Source: Minisyncoccota bacterium
GTDB lineage: Bacteria; Patescibacteriota; Minisyncoccia; Phycocordibacterales; UBA918
Assembly: GCA_041389025.1 (NCBI GenBank)
Contig: JAWKSP010000001.1
Location: 192,002-256,001 of the forward strand
DNA length: 64,000 nucleotides
Direction: 5' to 3'
Shown: positions 28,727-39,571 of the stretch, one piece after another
How positions within the stretch are numbered: position 1 is the first letter of the stretch
How the letters are laid out: every line of letters begins with the position of its first letter
Translations under genes and position numbers: made by a program
The notes under the pieces: model-generated
Database searches by the model: none
What the model saw: the letters and a program-made list of their open reading frames with translations, nothing else
What the model was told of the DNA's origin: nothing

Positions 28727-29446
28727 TTATTGACAAGTTATTCTCCAATACTGGATATTTCCAGTATTTAAGGAAGTGGCGTATGACCAAGTACCACCTA
28801 AACTTGTACATTTATTAATCCCTTCTGAACAGTCGTAGCCATTTTGAGCGGCGCTACTTGATACACAATTATACGTTTCTTGTCGATACAAACCTTTTTT
28901 TGCTTCCACTAAACACGGTCCTTTGTCAGCATTGCTGGAGTTGCTACCGTACCAAGTTCCGTTTAGTCCGTCTGGATCTTCACACTCTGCCTGACCTTCT
29001 GTGTTGTTGTCTAGATATTCAACGTTGTCACCAACTTCTCTTGTAACATTGCCTGGTAAGGCGGCTTTGGTTGGAGCGGAATTAGTTGGGTTAGAAACAG
29101 GAGCGATAAACAAGCTGGTGCTGGTGATGTTGGGATTAATGGTGTTAAAGATTAATACCGCTGAAATGATCAGGAGTAAACCTAAAGTAGCTCCCCAGAT
29201 ATCACCCTTAGCGTCTTGTTTGCTGGTGACTACATCAGTCAACATCCATTTAACACCAGCAACAATGATTTTAATTACTGCTAACAAAGCAGCTACACTG
29301 ATGGATAGGGCGTAAAGAGCATTTATATAGGTATTTAAGTCAGTGTTCGGGTTACTAACGCCAGGTATACCAACCAGAGTAGCTTGTCCTAAAGCTGTTG
29401 CTGGTAGTAAGAATATGGCAAAAATTAATATGTGTTTATAGCTCAT
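28727..29446 (-). CDS. VirB2/TrbC-like pilin with Cys-rich C-terminal extension
   Basis: Signal peptide, two TMs (IIVAGVKWM...AK..I..A.LGLLL...FNTINP), then a region with several Cys. Confidence 0.7.
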   Translation of the reverse strand: MSYKHILIFAIFLLPATALGQATLVGIPGVSNPNTDLNTYINALYALSISVAALLAVIKIIVAGVKWMLTDVVTSKQDAKGDIWGATLGLLLIISAVLIFNTINPNITSTSLFIAPVSNPTNSAPTKAALPGNVTREVGDNVEYLDNNTEGQAECEDPDGLNGTWYGSNSSNADKGPCLVEAKKGLYRQETYNCVSSSAAQNGYDCSEGINKCTSLGGTWSYATSLNTGNIQYWRITCQ

Positions 29447-30617
29447 ACATCCAAAGTGTGTTATCTATTTTATTTATAAAGTAAACAGCGTACTCACTGT
29501 CTCCAAGGTAGAGGTCGACAATATCAAGTTCTCGACTGGTTTGTTTGAAAGTGTCTGCTAGTAGAGTAGTTTTTAATTCTGAAGCATCAATCAGCCAAAG
29601 TGAATCTTTAAAATTCATTCCACCTTTATACCACTCATCTGGGAAGTTAAAAGGCAGGGTGGTTAATGAATCTTCGGCACAGATAAGGCTGGTTGTGTTT
29701 GTGCCAAGGATACACTTTTCAGGTAAGAGCGTTATTGGTAATTCTGATTTTTCTAAAGTTTCTAAATTAAAAACAGAGGTATTGTTTTCTCGGTTATTGG
29801 TGGTACTGTAGATAATCATTTTGTCATTTGCTAAGGCTGAAAAGCCAAAACCGGAAGCTGGTAGTCTGTCTATTTTATTGTTCTTAACTTTATATAAATA
29901 TCCCTCCAAAAGATAAGACGGTTTTGGATAAACATAATGTGTGTCTTCAGCGCTATTTCCCCATTGTATGGTGGCTTCGTGAAAAGGTAAGGAAAATACT
30001 ATAGTATCTTTTTTGGTTGTTAGATTTAAATTGTGACCATTTAAACCGTTGGAGTCAGTGGTGGTGTAAAGTAGGTTTTGCCCATCTTGACTTAAGGTAA
30101 AACTATTGACTGCCAAACCAGGTTCTTCTAAAGCGGTTTCACCGGTTTCTTTATCGAGGGCGCCGATGGTTAAGTTGGTGTTCTTGGTGTTAGTGTGTTT
30201 ACTAAAAACTATCCAGTCACCATTCGGGTCTATTTCAGCATGGTTAGTTTCGGCGACAGTGGTGCCTGAAATTTTATTTTCTTCTCCCGTCTCTAGGTTG
30301 ATTGAAAAAACATGTCCTGTCCCCTTTTCAGCATAATATATAATTGGGATATTAGCCGCTCCAGAGTCGGGGTTGTTGATTTCTGTAAAACCAGCTACTG
30401 ATTTGGTGGTCAATTGGCGCAGGTTTGGTCCGGTTGTGTTTATGGTTGGTTCTTTGTTTTCTTCAGTATTATTTACCTCTTCTTCGCCGACGGTACCAAG
30501 TTTTACAAGCACATCCTGCACACTTTTTGGGGTACCAAAAAATAATAAATAAACCCAAACGGCAACAAGAATTAAGATTACAATTGCTCCGCTAATAATT
30601 AAAATTTGCTGTTTCAT
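29436..30617 (-). CDS. Membrane-anchored hypothetical protein, probable beta-propeller
   Basis: N-terminal TM; TolB/WD-like segments (IDPNGDWIVF, LSQDGQNLLY). Confidence 0.65.
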   Translation of the reverse strand: MKQQILIISGAIVILILVAVWVYLLFFGTPKSVQDVLVKLGTVGEEEVNNTEENKEPTINTTGPNLRQLTTKSVAGFTEINNPDSGAANIPIIYYAEKGTGHVFSINLETGEENKISGTTVAETNHAEIDPNGDWIVFSKHTNTKNTNLTIGALDKETGETALEEPGLAVNSFTLSQDGQNLLYTTTDSNGLNGHNLNLTTKKDTIVFSLPFHEATIQWGNSAEDTHYVYPKPSYLLEGYLYKVKNNKIDRLPASGFGFSALANDKMIIYSTTNNRENNTSVFNLETLEKSELPITLLPEKCILGTNTTSLICAEDSLTTLPFNFPDEWYKGGMNFKDSLWLIDASELKTTLLADTFKQTSRELDIVDLYLGDSEYAVYFINKIDNTLWMYEL

Positions 30618-30625
30618 AAGCTACA

Positions 30626-31579
30626 CTAATAATTTACTTTAAATTCTGATTCAGCTCCTTGTAAAATAACATCCAAACTTCTAACTCGAAATTCAACTCT
30701 GGACGTACCGCTACCGCCTTGTCTAGCTAATGTTACTTCATAAGGATTTCCAGAGCTACTAGGGCTGCGTTGACCGTCTATTTCCCACTCGATTAAACTT
30801 GGTCGGTTGTAAGTGTTTATATCTAAGTAGTAAGGTTCGGCCTTTATGTTGGTGGTGTCGCCAATTAAATTTAAAGAATTTTTTATCTGGTTGTATTTTA
30901 TACCTAAAAGAGGATTAACTTCATAAAATCTAATTTCTGGTTCCACTGAAGCCAGTTCTAAACTACGAGAAGCTACTTGGTTTCCGTTCAGGTCGTTTAT
31001 GGTTATGGTGACTATGTTGAATCCACCAAATGGTACCTTGAGTGATATTTCATTTTTACCTCTAATTGGACCACCTTCAATGTTTACGTTGTTTAATGAC
31101 CAGTTATAAATATAGTTATTGCTACTTTGTCCATTTACTAAAGCGACCAAGTTTATAGTACTGTCTACTGTAGGTAGGGCTCTACCTAAATAAAAGGCCG
31201 GTACTCTAGTTTGCGGTTCAATGATAACATCTAAATAAACCGGTCTAATAATTTTTCTGTCAGTAAAGGTCTTCCCTCCAACTGTTTCCACTACAGCTTC
31301 TAAGGTGATGTTTTTTCCAGCTTCTTTGGTATTTACTTCAATCGTGCGTTTGTTACTCAACTCTACCTTTGTCTCACCATCAATTTTCCAGAAAATATTA
31401 GTAGTTTGTTCAGAGATGGAATAGTCGTCAATTGAAGCCTTGATTAAACTATAAGGACTGATGTAGTCAGATTCTACGTCAATACTCAAACCGGATCCGG
31501 CTAGATTAGGGCTGATTTGTGCATAACTAAAACCAAATGGTGACAGTAAAATAATGGCAACTATTAATAATTGTTTCAT
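30626..31579 (-). CDS. Secreted hypothetical protein with Ig/PKD-like repeats
   Basis: Signal peptide; three WxIDG/WSLNN beta-sandwich-like units. Confidence 0.65.
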   Translation of the reverse strand: MKQLLIVAIILLSPFGFSYAQISPNLAGSGLSIDVESDYISPYSLIKASIDDYSISEQTTNIFWKIDGETKVELSNKRTIEVNTKEAGKNITLEAVVETVGGKTFTDRKIIRPVYLDVIIEPQTRVPAFYLGRALPTVDSTINLVALVNGQSSNNYIYNWSLNNVNIEGGPIRGKNEISLKVPFGGFNIVTITINDLNGNQVASRSLELASVEPEIRFYEVNPLLGIKYNQIKNSLNLIGDTTNIKAEPYYLDINTYNRPSLIEWEIDGQRSPSSSGNPYEVTLARQGGSGTSRVEFRVRSLDVILQGAESEFKVNY

Positions 31580-31628
31580 ATTAGCTTAATAATAACAGAC
31601 TAAAACCTAAAAAAATGATAATTGATCC

Positions 31629-32450
31629 CTATCTTGGGTATTTCGCTACTACAGTAGTCCAGACTAAAAGCCAAGGAGCTAAATTGAATAGTGGTATGGA
31701 ATAGCCAATAATAGCTAGTAAAAAAGCCCCGTATTTAGCTCCAGCGTGACTACCACCTAGAGATTCAATGTTGTTTTTTTTGTAAAAAACAAATAAACTA
31801 AACATAATAATCATATTTATACCCAGTAACAAAAGATGTGGTATAAAAAAAATACTAAGTGACACATCTTCTAGACTAAAGCCGATTAAGTTGGTGGTAA
31901 AGTCATAAATTCCACCGAAGACAAATCTGACAGTATTAAAAATAAAGTTTCCGTTACTGGAAATGGTGTCAGCTATAGCGGTCGCGGCACCGGATAAAGC
32001 AAAACCAACTAAACTAAATATCCCTAAAGGAAGTTGAACGGTTGGCCAGTAACCAATATACAAAGAACTGGTCCAGCGCCCAATAATTTTAGCTTGTTTC
32101 TTCTTTATCTTAGTAGTAACAGATAGGTTGGTTGATGAGTTTCGGTGAGGAGTTTTTATTAAATTTGCTACCGGTATTTGTCCTTCGGCTCTGGTCTTGA
32201 AATTTTGTACTACCCTACCTTGGTTGTCGGTGGTGACATCGGTTGTTTTAGGTTTAGTTACTTTTACTTTATTTACGCCAGAATGTTTGTATTGTAAATT
32301 GAACTTTTGGTCAACTGTGGGGTTGTTTGGTACGTCATTTTCTTTTAAATATTGCCAGTCATCATTTAAACGGTCACCACCAGTTCGTTTGGCGGTCTGG
32401 TTTTTGGATTTATTAGATTGAAAATCCGCGGTATTTTCGGCAGTGGCCAT
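31629..32450 (-). CDS. Hypothetical membrane protein
   Basis: Polar N-terminus, 3-4 C-terminal TMs; directly after virB4. Confidence 0.65.
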   Translation of the reverse strand: MATAENTADFQSNKSKNQTAKRTGGDRLNDDWQYLKENDVPNNPTVDQKFNLQYKHSGVNKVKVTKPKTTDVTTDNQGRVVQNFKTRAEGQIPVANLIKTPHRNSSTNLSVTTKIKKKQAKIIGRWTSSLYIGYWPTVQLPLGIFSLVGFALSGAATAIADTISSNGNFIFNTVRFVFGGIYDFTTNLIGFSLEDVSLSIFFIPHLLLLGINMIIMFSLFVFYKKNNIESLGGSHAGAKYGAFLLAIIGYSIPLFNLAPWLLVWTTVVAKYPR

Positions 32451-32472
32451 ATGTAATTAAGTATACTACATG

Positions 32473-34266
32473 TTAGCTACGGGAAGCCTGAAGTTCTTCT
32501 CTCGCTTTTTTGATCTGTAGTAATTGAGAGGGATCAGAAGTGATGATCTGATCTTCTGTATAAGAAGCAATAACTTTTACAGCTACATGTTTGAGTCCGG
32601 CAAAAAATATTCCTTCTCCTACATTTGATTCCAAAAGCAAAAACTTCTCTTCATCGGTCAGGTTAAAGGTTTTTTGAATGTTATCGATAGCGGTTGGTGA
32701 TTGTTTCATCAGAAATTGTATAGATGAGTTGGTGATCATTGGAACTCCGTAGGGTGAGCGCAAAAAATCGTCCACGTCTTGAGTGATGGTGGCGATACCA
32801 AGATAATACTTTCGACCACGCTTAGCTAGACTAAATAAGAAAGAAGCAGTGTCTTCTGATTTCATCATCCACCAAGCTTCGTCAATGACTAGTAGTCGTT
32901 TAGCTAGTCGGCGACGCACAGAGCCCCAGATAAAATTGGTAATTATATACATAGCTACCGTTTTTAGTTCATCTTCCATGTCTCGTAAAGAGAAAACTAC
33001 AAACTTTTGGTTGATATCAACGTTGGTTGGTTTATTCATAAAACCAGACCAGGTGCCGGACGTATATTTTTGTAATCTAGATATAAGCGAACTACTGCCG
33101 TCCATACCAGCCAGCACCATTTCAAAGTCTGATAAAAGTGGTGGTTCTAGACTGGAAAAGTCAGTGTCTCCAGTGATGTCTTTTAAGGCGTAAGTTTCTT
33201 GAACGGCTAAATCAAGGATAGTTTCTTCTTCTGGGGTCAGGCCGCCAAGCATTAATCTAAAGAGACCAATTAATTCAATAATATGGCTACGTAAAACATC
33301 TCTGGGGTTTTCATCTTGTTGGGGCGGTGGTAAATCAAAAGGATTTATGTGGTGATCTGAAGATAAAGAAATATTAAAAAAGCGCCCGCCGGTGGCTTCG
33401 GCTAGGTATTCATATTCTCGTTCTGGATCGAGAACAATAACTTCTGCTCCAAACATTAAAGAACGAAGAATCTCCAGTTTTAGACTGTAGGATTTACCAG
33501 CACCAGAGGTGGCAAAGGTTACTGAGTTGTAGTTTGTTAAAGAAAAGCGGTCAAATAATACCAAGGATGAATTGTGGCGATTTACTCCATATAAAATTCC
33601 GGTGTCTGAAGTTAGGTCAAATGAAGTAAAAGGAAAGAAGCTTGATAAAGGTGAAGAATTAAACTTGCTGTGTACCAGTAGTTTGTCGGTGGCTGAGGGT
33701 ATGACACTCTGCATACCTTGTTCCTGTTGAAATAGTGCTGGTTTTATATAGACTAATCTAGCATCCAACATACCTTTAATATCATTTTCCGCTTTATTTA
33801 ATATCGCTTCACTCTCACCGTAAATAGTTATATAAAATCCAACATTAAATAATTTTTCCTCAGCTTGTTGTAATTTGTCACGTAATTCTTCTAGATTGCG
33901 GTAAGCTGCTTCAAGTTGCGGGTCGCGTACTTCCCCCTTTTCTGCCTTAATGTTTATTTGGCTTTGTACTTCAGCTACTTTTTTTTGAAATTTCTTTAAA
34001 GTGTCGGCGGTGTCTATGGGGTGGATGTAGATGGAAATATCTAACTCCCTTTCAACATTTAAGATTGGTTCTAACCAACTGGAGTTAAGATAGTGTGGAT
34101 AGGATACCGCATACAATACTCTAGCGTACTGCCCACTTAAATTTAGGTTTCTTGGAGTGAAATTAATTGCTGATGGTGCTACCACATCAATTAATGTCAT
34201 TAGTTCATCACTAATATCAAATTCATCCTTATTAGGTTTTTGTGTAAATTTATCAAAAAAGTTCAT
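32473..34266 (-). CDS. VirB4/TraC-like type IV secretion ATPase
   Basis: ATSGAGKS Walker A, LDPEREY, HINPFD, LVIDEAW Walker B, RGRKY...ITQ. Confidence 0.92.
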   Translation of the reverse strand: MNFFDKFTQKPNKDEFDISDELMTLIDVVAPSAINFTPRNLNLSGQYARVLYAVSYPHYLNSSWLEPILNVERELDISIYIHPIDTADTLKKFQKKVAEVQSQINIKAEKGEVRDPQLEAAYRNLEELRDKLQQAEEKLFNVGFYITIYGESEAILNKAENDIKGMLDARLVYIKPALFQQEQGMQSVIPSATDKLLVHSKFNSSPLSSFFPFTSFDLTSDTGILYGVNRHNSSLVLFDRFSLTNYNSVTFATSGAGKSYSLKLEILRSLMFGAEVIVLDPEREYEYLAEATGGRFFNISLSSDHHINPFDLPPPQQDENPRDVLRSHIIELIGLFRLMLGGLTPEEETILDLAVQETYALKDITGDTDFSSLEPPLLSDFEMVLAGMDGSSSLISRLQKYTSGTWSGFMNKPTNVDINQKFVVFSLRDMEDELKTVAMYIITNFIWGSVRRRLAKRLLVIDEAWWMMKSEDTASFLFSLAKRGRKYYLGIATITQDVDDFLRSPYGVPMITNSSIQFLMKQSPTAIDNIQKTFNLTDEEKFLLLESNVGEGIFFAGLKHVAVKVIASYTEDQIITSDPSQLLQIKKAREELQASRS

Positions 34267-34271
34267 ATTTT

Positions 34272-34913
34272 TTAAGTTTGTCTTTCGGCCACAGGAGCAT
34301 TGCCGGTAGTGTCAGCTGGGTTGTAGACATGGTAAAACAACTCCACTAAATCATCGTTATTTAAAGGAATGGTTCTTACTCCCACTCGCGCCAAGCCTTG
34401 TTGAATAATAGATACTCTTTGTTCTAGTTGAGTTCTTTGTTCTTCAAATCGCATATCGGTTGGTAGTTTGGTGGTGTTTTGACTTCCAAATAATGAACTT
34501 ATTCCCTTGGTAATATTCACCGGAGTTGGTGAATATGGAACCACTACAAAAAAATTTTTACTCATTATATCAACTTCATTGGTGAAGGTTCTAATAAATT
34601 CTATGTATTCACGAAGTTGAATCCGCATCAGGTCGTTATCTTGCATGGTTTCACGGGACCTTAAGAGTTCCAAGTATGGTTCTATATTTAAACGTCTGGA
34701 CTGAATGTATATCTGGATTGAGAAATCTAGGGTGTTTAAAAATGTTTGAAATTGTTGCAAAATCGCCTGTTGTTCATCGGTGGACTTCAAGGCAAAGTTA
34801 ACTGAAGAAGCTAGTAGGACGGTGCACATTTGACCAGACTTCAAAATAGCAACACCGTCTTTTATATCACGGATGGCTACAAAGTCTTGGGTGGTGGCGG
34901 ATGTTTTTGGCAT
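34272..34913 (-). CDS. VirB4 N-terminal-like accessory protein (split VirB4)
   Basis: VNFALKS.DEQ..I...F..FLNTLDF.IQI pattern; lies between PrgI and the VirB4 ATPase. Confidence 0.7.
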   Translation of the reverse strand: MPKTSATTQDFVAIRDIKDGVAILKSGQMCTVLLASSVNFALKSTDEQQAILQQFQTFLNTLDFSIQIYIQSRRLNIEPYLELLRSRETMQDNDLMRIQLREYIEFIRTFTNEVDIMSKNFFVVVPYSPTPVNITKGISSLFGSQNTTKLPTDMRFEEQRTQLEQRVSIIQQGLARVGVRTIPLNNDDLVELFYHVYNPADTTGNAPVAERQT

Positions 34914-34914
34914 A

Positions 34915-35334
34915 TTATTCTTTCTTTTGTAAGGCTTCTAATTCTAATCGTCTAGCTAAAGAGTTTATGTCTTTCCCTCTCATTTTAGTGTTTGGTGTTT
35001 GAGGCTTGCTTTTATTTATAGAATTTGGGGTAAACAAATTTTTGTGAACAATGTCTTTTTTTTGTCGCCATAAATATAACTTATTACTTCCAAGATAGTT
35101 AAAGACAGCTTCTAGAAAAAAAGAAAAAGGTCGATTGTTTACCGGATAAAAAGCTAAAGCCCCAGCGAGTATCATGAGAGGTAAACCAATAATAATAAAA
35201 ACTATTGTTGGTGCAACAAAAAACAAAACTACACCCATTCCAATACCTCCACCAAGATAGAGAAATTGCCGCCAAGTCAAAGGACCGAAAATCTTATCTT
35301 CTATCTCGATAAACTGTGGTACCTCAAAACGCAT
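34915..35334 (-). CDS. PrgI-family (VirB3-like) protein
   Basis: VPQFIEIEDKIFGPLTWRQF followed by 2 TMs. Confidence 0.88.
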   Translation of the reverse strand: MRFEVPQFIEIEDKIFGPLTWRQFLYLGGGIGMGVVLFFVAPTIVFIIIGLPLMILAGALAFYPVNNRPFSFFLEAVFNYLGSNKLYLWRQKKDIVHKNLFTPNSINKSKPQTPNTKMRGKDINSLARRLELEALQKKE

Positions 35335-35434
35335 AACTTATAGATATACAAATTATATTATACACGTAACACCGGACCAATAGTCGTTTTTATGTGTACT
35401 AATTTTATAAATTTCCAAGCTATCAAAATTATTT

Positions 35435-35797
35435 TTATGGTTGAGGGGTGTTGGTGGTGTTAAATGGTTTGCCGGCTCCTTGGTCGAAATCAGTTTTGGT
35501 GTTGTCAGGGTTTTTGGTTAGAGATTTTACAAAATTTAATATTTTTACTGATAATACTTGGGTGGTTTTGTTATCTATGGCGAGCTTGGTTAGTTTGTCA
35601 GGTAAGTCAATGTCTGATATTAAATTAAGTAGATTATTAGAAGTAATTACTATTAATTTACTTTTCAACCCACTGTAAGGTGTGTCTTTAAGGATATTTT
35701 CTACAAATATACCTATTTCGTCAGAGTCTATTATATCCTTTATATTTTTATCAGATTCTTTATAGGATTTTAAAAAGTTGTCAAATTCAGTACTCAT
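35435..35797 (-). CDS. Hypothetical protein
   Basis: 120-aa ORF, co-oriented within the cluster. Confidence 0.55.
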   Translation of the reverse strand: MSTEFDNFLKSYKESDKNIKDIIDSDEIGIFVENILKDTPYSGLKSKLIVITSNNLLNLISDIDLPDKLTKLAIDNKTTQVLSVKILNFVKSLTKNPDNTKTDFDQGAGKPFNTTNTPQP

Positions 35798-35821
35798 AAT
35801 TTTGGTGTAAAATAATTTATT

Positions 35822-37849
35822 TTAAGAAAAGAATTGAGCTGCGTAGTTGGAATTTCCGTTTGCCCATTTAACCCATGGATTGTTTTTTCCTAAGGCAGTT
35901 TCTTCAGGAATGTCTGTAGAACTTATTCCTAGGTTGGTAGATAGAGCTACTCTTACATCTGATTTATCCTTGCTTGACATACCGTTCTTTATTCTTTCCT
36001 CTAGCATGGCTGGGGTTATGTGGTCATACATATTAGATTGCTTGAAAATATCAATAGGCATTTTCCCTATATCTCTTACGTTTCTTGTAAACATAGAAGG
36101 TTTTTGATCTACACTACTAGCATTTGGATGTGCGTAAACAAGTGCTCCACTGGAGTCTTTTCCTGCCCCTAATACATTACCGTGCGTAGATATATTCGTG
36201 AAGGCGTTGTTTCTGGTATTTTTAATATCTTGTATTTGTTGCGATGAGAATTTACCGGTTTTTTCTAGGTTAGTGATATCATCATCTGACAAATGTACTG
36301 CTACATTTTGAGTGTTTAATTTGTCAAAACCTAACCTTTCTTTTTCTATACCAGTCATTTGCTTTATTGTCTTTCCAAGTTCTTCAAGCGCATCTGATAG
36401 AGATGAGGAGCTCTTAGTGTGGTCAGTAAGGATTTTATTATTCTCTTCAAATTTATCTTTTCGTTCCTGCTCACCTCTTGTTTGGTTTGCTCTGGCTTGA
36501 GTAGATTGCTTGTATTCTCTTTCTCTCTGGTTTGTTGTTCCTGTGCCTAGTTCGGCATTTTTTTGCTTCTCTGCTCCACCTCTGATAGTTTTATCAACCC
36601 AGTTCCATCTAGATGCTGTTCCAAGTACACCACTTCTTGTCTGTAGTTCGTTTAATTTTCTTTCACTATGTGCTCCAGAAGCATTTACTGCTGTACGTAT
36701 TCCTGCTCTGGCTGGATAGGTTATACCAAATACTATATTACCCGCCCCTCTTTGAGTGGCTCTTCTAGCTCGTCCGGCTAAGTTGCGACCGACATTTATT
36801 ACACCAGAAGCACCGTCTGCCCCCATTCTGTTAGCTACTACTACAGCTGCGACCAAAAAGACACAGGTTACTAAAAACATAGCAATAACGTTGGCGATTT
36901 CGTTTGAGGTAGCGTTTCCTTTGGCATAAATTTCCGCCATACTTATATTGCTGGCATTTTGGAAGTTGGTCAGTATATAGAAAGCGAGATAAAGCATTAA
37001 AAGGTAGGCTGGAGCAAAGAAGGCTCTACCTAAAAATCCTTTCCAATAATCCCTAGAGTAATTGGCCATACTTGGAAATACCCAACCCAAAAACATGATT
37101 GGGGACAATATCATGTAGATGTTTAAAACCACAAATCTAATAATTAAAAGAAAGGCGCCGGCAAAGAAAACAAAAGCCATTACTACAAAAGTTATCATGG
37201 TGCCAAAAACGTAAGTAAAACCACTACCGACTTGGTTGGTGGTAAAGTTCGATAAAGTTTTATCGTCCCAGATACTGGATAGACCAAGTACGTTGGCAAA
37301 ACCATCGGATACTTCATAAGTTCCTGTTGGGTTGGAATGGTCAAAGGCTTGGGCTACTTGAGTGGCGGCGACGTTTGAGAAATCAACGATAAATTTGGTA
37401 AAGAAAAGGCTGAAGTTCACCAATAAAGCCGCCATTATAATGTAGGCCAACATTCTTCTGGCATCAGTGTCACCGGCGTTTAAAATCATTTTAAAGCCAA
37501 TGTAGACTAAACCAAAAATGAAGGTTAAATTAAAAATGTCTCTTACCACTTCCCATAGTCTATCTACCGCAAAACCTAAGCCGGAGTTGTTGTATAGGTC
37601 AGCAAAACCAACTACAAAAGTGGTAACAGCTAAGTTTAGTAGTGTGCCGGCCACCCAAACCAAAAAACCAAAAACTGCGTTAACAAACAACCATAAAACT
37701 TTCTCTAAACCACTGGATATGCTACTTAGTACTCCACCATCATTAACATCTGAGGCAAAAATTAAAGATGGTAAAAATAGTGTCACCAAAGCCAAGGCGC
37801 TAAATAGGATTTTCTTTCTGTTAAGGGTTAATTTATTCATATTTATCAC
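35822..37849 (-). CDS. VirB6/TrbL-like polytopic membrane protein
   Basis: W.VVRD..N, ALLVNFS, IRFVVL...LSPI, YW...FFAP; long hydrophilic C-terminal tail. Confidence 0.78.
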   Translation of the reverse strand: MINMNKLTLNRKKILFSALALVTLFLPSLIFASDVNDGGVLSSISSGLEKVLWLFVNAVFGFLVWVAGTLLNLAVTTFVVGFADLYNNSGLGFAVDRLWEVVRDIFNLTFIFGLVYIGFKMILNAGDTDARRMLAYIIMAALLVNFSLFFTKFIVDFSNVAATQVAQAFDHSNPTGTYEVSDGFANVLGLSSIWDDKTLSNFTTNQVGSGFTYVFGTMITFVVMAFVFFAGAFLLIIRFVVLNIYMILSPIMFLGWVFPSMANYSRDYWKGFLGRAFFAPAYLLMLYLAFYILTNFQNASNISMAEIYAKGNATSNEIANVIAMFLVTCVFLVAAVVVANRMGADGASGVINVGRNLAGRARRATQRGAGNIVFGITYPARAGIRTAVNASGAHSERKLNELQTRSGVLGTASRWNWVDKTIRGGAEKQKNAELGTGTTNQREREYKQSTQARANQTRGEQERKDKFEENNKILTDHTKSSSSLSDALEELGKTIKQMTGIEKERLGFDKLNTQNVAVHLSDDDITNLEKTGKFSSQQIQDIKNTRNNAFTNISTHGNVLGAGKDSSGALVYAHPNASSVDQKPSMFTRNVRDIGKMPIDIFKQSNMYDHITPAMLEERIKNGMSSKDKSDVRVALSTNLGISSTDIPEETALGKNNPWVKWANGNSNYAAQFFS

Positions 37850-39561
37850 TAGTTGGTAAATACTGTATCTATATTTACTAAATTATCCCAATCATTTATT
37901 TTGCCATCTAAGTAAGGTTCTGTATATTCTGGGGAGTTTCTTATTAGCAGATATTGGTCAATTGCTTTTGGTCCAGCCAACATATCACCACTAGAAACAT
38001 TGTTGGCATAATCAGATGCAATTTTTTCTAGTTCAGCAAATTTATCTAGGATAGTTTGAGCTTCAGCTGCTTGTGTTAGGTAGCCAGCATCTTCTAAAGC
38101 TTTCTTGTATAAACTGATTGTTTTCTTGTATTTGTCGACAACAGCGGCTGAATCGGCATACATAGTATTAAACATACCAAACCATTTATCTTCTTGGGCT
38201 TGAATTTCTGATTCTATATGTAGAGAGTCCAGTCTCTTGAATTCTTGATAGGCTTGAGCGACTGTCTTTGTGCCGTTTTGAACGTCGTTTATTAAGGTTT
38301 GTATATCAGTGATAGCTTTGATTATCTCACCGTTTGGTGAAGCTAATAGGTCATTTTGTATTCGATTGGCTTCAGCTTGGAAAGCTGGTTCTGGTATAGC
38401 AGATAGTACTCTTGCGTAGTTTTGAGCTAGCTGTTGATACTCTTGTTCACGTTTTAGGGCGGCTAGTACCTCGTCAACTATATTCTGTACGATACCGTCT
38501 TTGGTGGCATCTTGATCAATTATTAGTTGGTCTACTGCCGGATTACCACCATAGGTGCTGTAATCAGTATAACCGGTACCGGAAGATAGTCCCAACAAGC
38601 CACTTGCTCCCATTAAAGCTTGTTGTCCGATATTGGCTAACATTGAACCAATTGCTTCACTAAATTCGTCGGCAGCTATTAAACTCTCAACTCCGGCGGT
38701 AAGCTGAAAGTTCAAGGCTTCACTAATAACTTGCCCTGGAGTAGAAACAATACACCTTTCTTTGTTTACACCAAGACTTGATGGGATAACGCTACAAATT
38801 TTGTTAGAAATAAAACCATCAGCAAATTCCAGTAAGTTATTTTCGCTGGTCTCAGCGTTTAATATTTGTACAGCTCCTTCATCTTGAACCGCCAATAAAC
38901 TTCCGTATGGAGTAAAGGTGTTTGATTGGGTGGCTACTCTGTACCATGCATCCCAACCACCGTCATTGAAAGAGCCGTTAATAAAGTTATCTAAGTTGGC
39001 TATTGGACTACCTGGAGCAGACATTGCCAAATCACAGCTTCTTACGCTGTGAACCGGTATGTTGGCGACTCTGGCTTCTCTGTAGGCCTGAGCAAAAGCC
39101 ACTTGCACATTGGCGCGAAAAGGTTGGCAGACAAAACTATTAGCACCAATTTCGTGAATGAATTCACCATAGACTCGGTCAGATATTTCGAGCATATATC
39201 TTTCAATGTCTTGAACAAACATCGGTCTACCCTTAAATCCGGAATTAATCCACGATATTATGTTGTTGGTGATTTCAGCGATAACCATTTTCATGGCAAA
39301 CCAAGCCATGGGGTCAAGGAAGAATTCTTTATAATTTATACTTTGTAATATACCGGCCATGATTCCTGAAAATATATCAATCGACCATAGAAGACCGCGG
39401 TTTATCCATTGAGTTGAGTCTTTGGCATCTATTCCCGCTTCAACTTGTGATATGTTGTTTCCGTGATTCCAAGGTTGTGGTACATAGACACTAACAAACA
39501 TAAAACAAAGAGCAAAAGTCATCATTATGATTTTTTGTACTAGTCGATGAAAATTACTCAT
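37849..39561 (-). CDS. Hypothetical exported protein of the T4SS-like cluster
   Basis: N-terminal TM; WINSGFKG.P.FV, CQPFR, GGWDAW and STPG segments; helical C-terminus. Confidence 0.7.
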   Translation of the reverse strand: MSNFHRLVQKIIMMTFALCFMFVSVYVPQPWNHGNNISQVEAGIDAKDSTQWINRGLLWSIDIFSGIMAGILQSINYKEFFLDPMAWFAMKMVIAEITNNIISWINSGFKGRPMFVQDIERYMLEISDRVYGEFIHEIGANSFVCQPFRANVQVAFAQAYREARVANIPVHSVRSCDLAMSAPGSPIANLDNFINGSFNDGGWDAWYRVATQSNTFTPYGSLLAVQDEGAVQILNAETSENNLLEFADGFISNKICSVIPSSLGVNKERCIVSTPGQVISEALNFQLTAGVESLIAADEFSEAIGSMLANIGQQALMGASGLLGLSSGTGYTDYSTYGGNPAVDQLIIDQDATKDGIVQNIVDEVLAALKREQEYQQLAQNYARVLSAIPEPAFQAEANRIQNDLLASPNGEIIKAITDIQTLINDVQNGTKTVAQAYQEFKRLDSLHIESEIQAQEDKWFGMFNTMYADSAAVVDKYKKTISLYKKALEDAGYLTQAAEAQTILDKFAELEKIASDYANNVSSGDMLAGPKAIDQYLLIRNSPEYTEPYLDGKINDWDNLVNIDTVFTN

Positions 39562-39571
39562 AAGCGCTTAT

